Under the pieces are notes generated by a model that was not told the DNA's origin, ran no database searches, and saw nothing but the letters and a program-made list of their open reading frames with translations. Shown in pieces: positions 59,694-64,000 of a stretch of DNA of 64,000 bases. Source of the DNA: a plasmid. How positions within the stretch are numbered: the first letter of the stretch is position 1; each line of letters opens with the position of its first letter. The stretch lies in the sequence record NZ_CP120537.1. One strand, given 5' to 3'. The position numbers and the translations under genes are program-made.

Positions 59694-59731
59694 TGGGTTC
59701 CACGCCGGAATCACCGTAAATTCCGATACCA
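59694..59731 (+). repeat. Tn3-family-like terminal IR type B, outer end facing left
   Basis: TGGGTTCCACGCCGGAATCACCGTAAATTCCGATACC. Confidence 0.35.
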
Positions 59732-59747
59732 TTAATTTGGTGTTTTT

Positions 59748-60041
59748 TTATACAACAGGAATGACAATAGTATAACAAAATTGCCTAGGTGATGAATTGT
59801 CAGATTCGTATGTAGACAAAGCAAGATCTAAATTTGGGTAATGCTTTGCTGCTAGTTCAATTTTATCAATTAGATAATCATCACTATCACTTATATGCCC
59901 ATTATACAACGCTTGCTTAAAATTTTCGCCTTCGTGTATTTTTATACTATATTTTGTTTCTATTTCTTTGATTTTACTGAAAATACTCATTTTAAACCCC
60001 TTTCTTTTTAAAATACCTAAATGATGATTATACCAATTCAA
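59748..60041 (-). CDS. hypothetical small protein adjacent to the recombinase
   Basis: ORF of 97 aa (probably 80 aa from MSIFSK). Confidence 0.3.
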   Translation of the reverse strand: MNWYNHHLGILKRKGFKMSIFSKIKEIETKYSIKIHEGENFKQALYNGHISDSDDYLIDKIELAAKHYPNLDLALSTYESDNSSPRQFCYTIVIPVV

Positions 60042-60089
60042 TGTATTGGCATACGTTTATGCTCATTATAAATTCAATTTTTACTTTCT

Positions 60090-60716
60090 TTAAATAGACT
60101 GTTTAATTGCTCGACTTATAGTACCTCTGCTACAGCCTAAAACTTTTTGAACTTGGCTCCATGAGTGGCCGCTATCGAGTAAACGGTTGATTGCATCATA
60201 TCGATTTTGATTTACCTGACGACCTTTATATTTTCCTTCTTTTTTAGCTTTTTCTATTCCCTGTTTTTGTCTTTCACGACGTTGCTCATAATCACGTCGT
60301 GCAACTGCGGCTAACATATCAAGTAACATATCGTTAATAGCGGCAAACATTCGACTATCAAAATCATTCATATTTGCAGATAGCCAAGTTGTCGGTACAT
60401 TAATAGCCATGACACGGATATCTTTTTGGTGGATCATTTTTTTCAATTTATTCCAATCATCCATAGTTAACCTAGAGAGCCGGTCAACATCTTCAATTAA
60501 TAAAATATCTTGAGTTTGACAATCCTTAAGAAGCCGAAACAACTCTGGGCGATCTAAACGTGAACCTGATTCATTTTCAATGTAGTAATTACAAATTGAC
60601 AGCCTTCGTTCTTTAGCGAATGCTTCCATTGAGTTTTGAGCTCGAGTTGCATCTTGTTCTGATGTTGATGCTCGAAGGTAAGCTCTAACAAAGCGATTTT
60701 GTACTGCTGAGGTCAT
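60090..60716 (-). CDS. serine recombinase, third paralogue
   Basis: RAYLRASTSEQD motif. Same architecture as 48384-49028 and 54805-55440. Confidence 0.7.
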   Translation of the reverse strand: MTSAVQNRFVRAYLRASTSEQDATRAQNSMEAFAKERRLSICNYYIENESGSRLDRPELFRLLKDCQTQDILLIEDVDRLSRLTMDDWNKLKKMIHQKDIRVMAINVPTTWLSANMNDFDSRMFAAINDMLLDMLAAVARRDYEQRRERQKQGIEKAKKEGKYKGRQVNQNRYDAINRLLDSGHSWSQVQKVLGCSRGTISRAIKQSI

Positions 60717-61064
60717 TATAGAGAACCAGTTCTATTTAAGTGGTAATTAATAGGTTAAACAGTACCAGAATTGGATGGTGTTGAAAAGGTATACCTAAAT
60801 TACACCAATGAGTTATTGCATATCTGAGATGTATTATGAAATACACTTTCTCTAGAGAGGTGAAAAACACCTAATATTACTAGGTGGCAGGTTTGTGCTG
60901 TGTGTTGCATCCACCGGTTGAACTCACAGCCAGGAGCGGACGTTGCTTACATTTTTCCGTGTTAACATACAGGTTGCAGTTCATTTTAAATGAGACGCTC
61001 AGGTTTTTATTAATCCATGCCTTACAATAAATCTCAAAAATTTAATTTCCATTATGAATATTAA

Positions 61065-62519
61065 TTAGTCATGAAACTGATAAGCCCTGCCTCGAAAACT
61101 ATTTATTGGGGAGGATTTTAATATACCCCATTTATTTTGCATTTCATGAAATAAGTCAATTTCTTGCTCAGTAACATTTCTCTTCTCACGATAAACCAGC
61201 GCGAAGTCTTTTTTATATACTCTAGCCATAAAGCTTCTATAGTTTGTGTTCCACATCACTGGAGGTTCTGAAATATTATCAAACACAGCCACTACAATAT
61301 CTCTGTTCATTGATGTCTTCTGTTGATAATAAATAGCGTAGGCTTGGGCAATCAAACGTCTTTCCTCCTCATATTCTACTTTACTCATTTTTTTACATAC
61401 TGCCTTTGGGAAAATAACAACGGCAAAAATGGAATTACGAGTATAAGATGAGTCATCCTCTCCCAATAAAATAGCCCGACTACTAATAGCCCGCCCTAAA
61501 GTTTCTTTGAACTTAGCAATAATACTTTTGGAAAGTTCTCTACGACTTAACCGATCAAAATCACATAGAACCTCCAATACTTTTTGGTTTGCTTCGAACT
61601 TAGTTAAACCTGTACAGATAACTTCTCCTCTTACAAATTGATCAGAGATATACTCAATTAAATCATCAAAAATAAGTGAAACCCGATCTTCCTGCTTTCC
61701 ATTTAAGTAATCACTAGCCTTGTTAAGCTCATTAAACCTCTCAATTTTAAACCCTTCTTCCTTAAAGTATAAACCTGCATCCCTACTTATGGATGGGCTT
61801 AGGATATATGTCGCTAACAAATCAAGTTCTATCAACTTATCATAGTTGGTAAAAAATCCTTCTCGTGCTGCGCGTTCTTTTTCCTCTAGGTATCCTACGA
61901 ATTCATTTACGGTACTTAGCTCTTGTGTTAGAGCTTCAATGGTTGAGCTATCAAAAACGTGTATATAGTTACCATGACGATCTCTACAGTTAGTGATGAT
62001 ACCATCATGAATACCATTACCTAGATAAAGCGGATATTGGCAGCCGTTAGCGATGGCAACACGATAGACATTTAGTTGATTGATGCTTTCGCTATTTATA
62101 AACGGAAATTTATCACTCGACAAACATTGTTCAGTAAAATAAATTCGGTCATAATGTGTGCGAATCCAACTTTCTGCCCCTTCAATCTGCTTTACTGAAT
62201 TATCAACTGCTCTTCTTTTCCAACGCTTCCAAGCTACAGAAGTACCATCCTCTTCAGGAATATTTTTTTCTCTATCTTCAGTGTATTTAACTTCTTTATC
62301 CGAAAAAATAATGACTGTATTATTGTAATAAACCAGAAGATCGCAGATTTCCTTCCCTTTTCCATTTTGCTTGATACCTTCATTACTATATAAACTGGTC
62401 CAAGACCAGAGCTTTAGAAAAGTTTTATCACAAATAGCCGCTAATTTTCTTTCAGTTTCAGTAAAGCCTATGTTTTTCTTTGGGGAAATAGACTTTTTAT
62501 TTATTTTATCTGTGCTCAT
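61065..62519 (-). CDS. NERD-like (PD-(D/E)xK-related) N-terminal domain protein with a large uncharacterised C-terminal domain; defence/Abi candidate
   Basis: GFTETERKLAAICDK...GKEICDLLVYYNNTVIIFSDKEVKY fits the NERD pattern (G..E ... EID-hhh ... hhIE.K). Confidence 0.4.
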   Translation of the reverse strand: MSTDKINKKSISPKKNIGFTETERKLAAICDKTFLKLWSWTSLYSNEGIKQNGKGKEICDLLVYYNNTVIIFSDKEVKYTEDREKNIPEEDGTSVAWKRWKRRAVDNSVKQIEGAESWIRTHYDRIYFTEQCLSSDKFPFINSESINQLNVYRVAIANGCQYPLYLGNGIHDGIITNCRDRHGNYIHVFDSSTIEALTQELSTVNEFVGYLEEKERAAREGFFTNYDKLIELDLLATYILSPSISRDAGLYFKEEGFKIERFNELNKASDYLNGKQEDRVSLIFDDLIEYISDQFVRGEVICTGLTKFEANQKVLEVLCDFDRLSRRELSKSIIAKFKETLGRAISSRAILLGEDDSSYTRNSIFAVVIFPKAVCKKMSKVEYEEERRLIAQAYAIYYQQKTSMNRDIVVAVFDNISEPPVMWNTNYRSFMARVYKKDFALVYREKRNVTEQEIDLFHEMQNKWGILKSSPINSFRGRAYQFHD

Positions 62520-62817
62520 TGTTTCCCTTGTAACTATTTTAGCAATAAAGCACCTCTTATAATACTATAAAAATCAATGCCTTACCATGATTTCCATCAC
62601 ACTTCCCTAGAGATTCCCATACTTATCTGAACAATAATAACTATCTACTCACTAAGAGTATTGAACTACGATGCGTTACGATCTCATAGTAAGCATGAAC
62701 GTTCATCCAACCCTTACTTCGGTCTAGTTCTCTGATCAGCATTTATAAGATGAGCTTCCGCTTCTCGCTCATAGCGGACTCAATAGCCAGTTTTGGGTAG
62801 AATGATATGTGTTTCAC

Positions 62818-63711
62818 TCAGATGTCTTCATACTGCACGTAAGAAATATTTGAGTCTCTGACATCATAATCTTCTAAGCTGCCTGACTTTTCCTCACCTC
62901 TATATAAAGCAACTATCCATCGAGCGTTTTCTTGGATGCATTTATTTATTTCAGCGAAGTATTTACCGTCAACTTCGGCAAGCGAATGGCCTAAGACAAT
63001 GACCTCATCCACATTTTTAAGCGACGAGAAAAAAACACTCTCTTCTTTAATTATGTCTTCAATTATGTCTTCGCTGGGCTTGAATGTATTTCCGAAGTAT
63101 TCGTCTATGCTGTCGTACGCCTCTGCTATTCTTGTATCTTGATCCGGTCCTATATATGGATTTAGTGACTTTTCCTCCCTAAAACTGTGACCTAGTATGA
63201 GATCGTCATCGTAACTACAATTGCCGTGAATATGTATAATTTGCTCGTCTGGAACGGCATAGATTTGCTGCAAGGTATTTGTATAATTAAATGAAAAATA
63301 GAGACTTTCTCTTGGTATGGGGGGGATGTATTGCTCAGAATTGTAAGCATCGGCTATGTTAATCCCTTTAACCCAATCAGCGAATTGCTTCTTCAAGCGA
63401 GCTGACAGCATCCGTGTGATTTTATCTACTTCATATTGGTAATCGTGATGGTAGGCATCGCTCCAATCATCGGTATTGTACGAAGCCAAAAACATCTCAC
63501 TGTTTTGAAGGATAAGCTCATAATCAATTTCACCTAAAGCACTTTCTAACTCGTTCCACTCGTCTCCAGCTGGTATGTATTCTTCTATCGAATCATATAG
63601 TTCTTGGTCATTTTTTGCCACATACGACTTAAAGTGCTTGTATCCTGTTGGTAAGCCATGTCGAATGTCAAATCCGTTTCCTATTATGTAAAGCCTCATC
63701 GTTTTTCCCAT
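62818..63711 (-). CDS. abiH: AbiH-family abortive-infection protein
   Basis: N-terminal LYIIGNGFDIRHGLPTGYKHF is the AbiH-family signature. 297 aa. Confidence 0.55.
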   Translation of the reverse strand: MGKTMRLYIIGNGFDIRHGLPTGYKHFKSYVAKNDQELYDSIEEYIPAGDEWNELESALGEIDYELILQNSEMFLASYNTDDWSDAYHHDYQYEVDKITRMLSARLKKQFADWVKGINIADAYNSEQYIPPIPRESLYFSFNYTNTLQQIYAVPDEQIIHIHGNCSYDDDLILGHSFREEKSLNPYIGPDQDTRIAEAYDSIDEYFGNTFKPSEDIIEDIIKEESVFFSSLKNVDEVIVLGHSLAEVDGKYFAEINKCIQENARWIVALYRGEEKSGSLEDYDVRDSNISYVQYEDI

Positions 63712-64000
63712 AGTCGAATTGTAAAAAGATATTAATCTGACCTGCTCCCAGTTGACTCCCCCCTTTAAGTAATGCCTTCATCAGATGTAAAACAATCTGC
63801 AAATTTCCACAGTTCGCTCAAAGCCAACTGTCAGAATTGATTTTTTTCTGCGAGATAAGTTTGTTTAATAATATCAAATGACGTCAAACTTTATTCATTC
63901 TCCCATTCAAGATTCTTCCATTATGACTTAAATAATAATGTATCGTTAAAGGGGTAAATGTAATTCAAATGATATGTAAATTGTAAACTAGGATATACTT

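Overview
This 64 kb window looks like a large piece of an F-like conjugative plasmid from a gammaproteobacterium with moderate GC content: MPF-F type IV secretion, a MOBF relaxase and an IncFII-type RepA1 replicon.

The first ~41 kb is a collinear backbone.
- Leading region: a PsiA-like protein, an ArdB/KlcA-like candidate, an HsdM-like methyltransferase homologue that lacks the catalytic motif, several small unknown ORFs, and two GC-rich hairpin-dense noncoding islands.
- Transfer region: a lytic transglycosylase, a candidate oriT with repeated GTGGGCT motifs, then traM-traJ-traY-traA-traL-traE-traK-traB-(NusG/RfaH-like)-traV-traC-trbI-traW-traU-trbC-traN-traF-trbB-traH-traG-(traR-like)-traD-traI.
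- Replicon: a CopA-like antisense hairpin, an 11-aa leader peptide, RepA1, and FinO.

The remaining ~23 kb is an AT-richer accessory mosaic. It holds:
- a ParB-like nuclease-domain protein;
- a two-gene Gabija-like defence pair (an OLD-family ATPase/TOPRIM protein plus a UvrD-like helicase) sitting directly behind a Tn3-family 38-bp terminal inverted repeat;
- split fragments of a duplicated backbone gene;
- two Tn3-derived miniature inverted-repeat elements;
- a DinJ/YafQ-type toxin-antitoxin pair;
- a minimal Tn3-family transposon (tnpR-res-tnpA);
- an IS3-family element;
- an Rpn/YhgA-like nuclease;
- a ParD/ParE toxin-antitoxin pair whose 77-bp junction is copied 1 kb downstream;
- a signal-peptide protein made of about 22 tandem 15-bp (AKDSM) repeats;
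- three paralogous serine recombinases, each with its own res-like repeats;
- a block of uncharacterised cargo;
- a terminal pair of candidate abortive-infection/defence genes (a NERD-like 484-aa protein plus an AbiH-like protein).

I found no rRNA, tRNA or CRISPR array. Every family assignment rests on motif and alignment recall from the translated ORFs, not on a database search.
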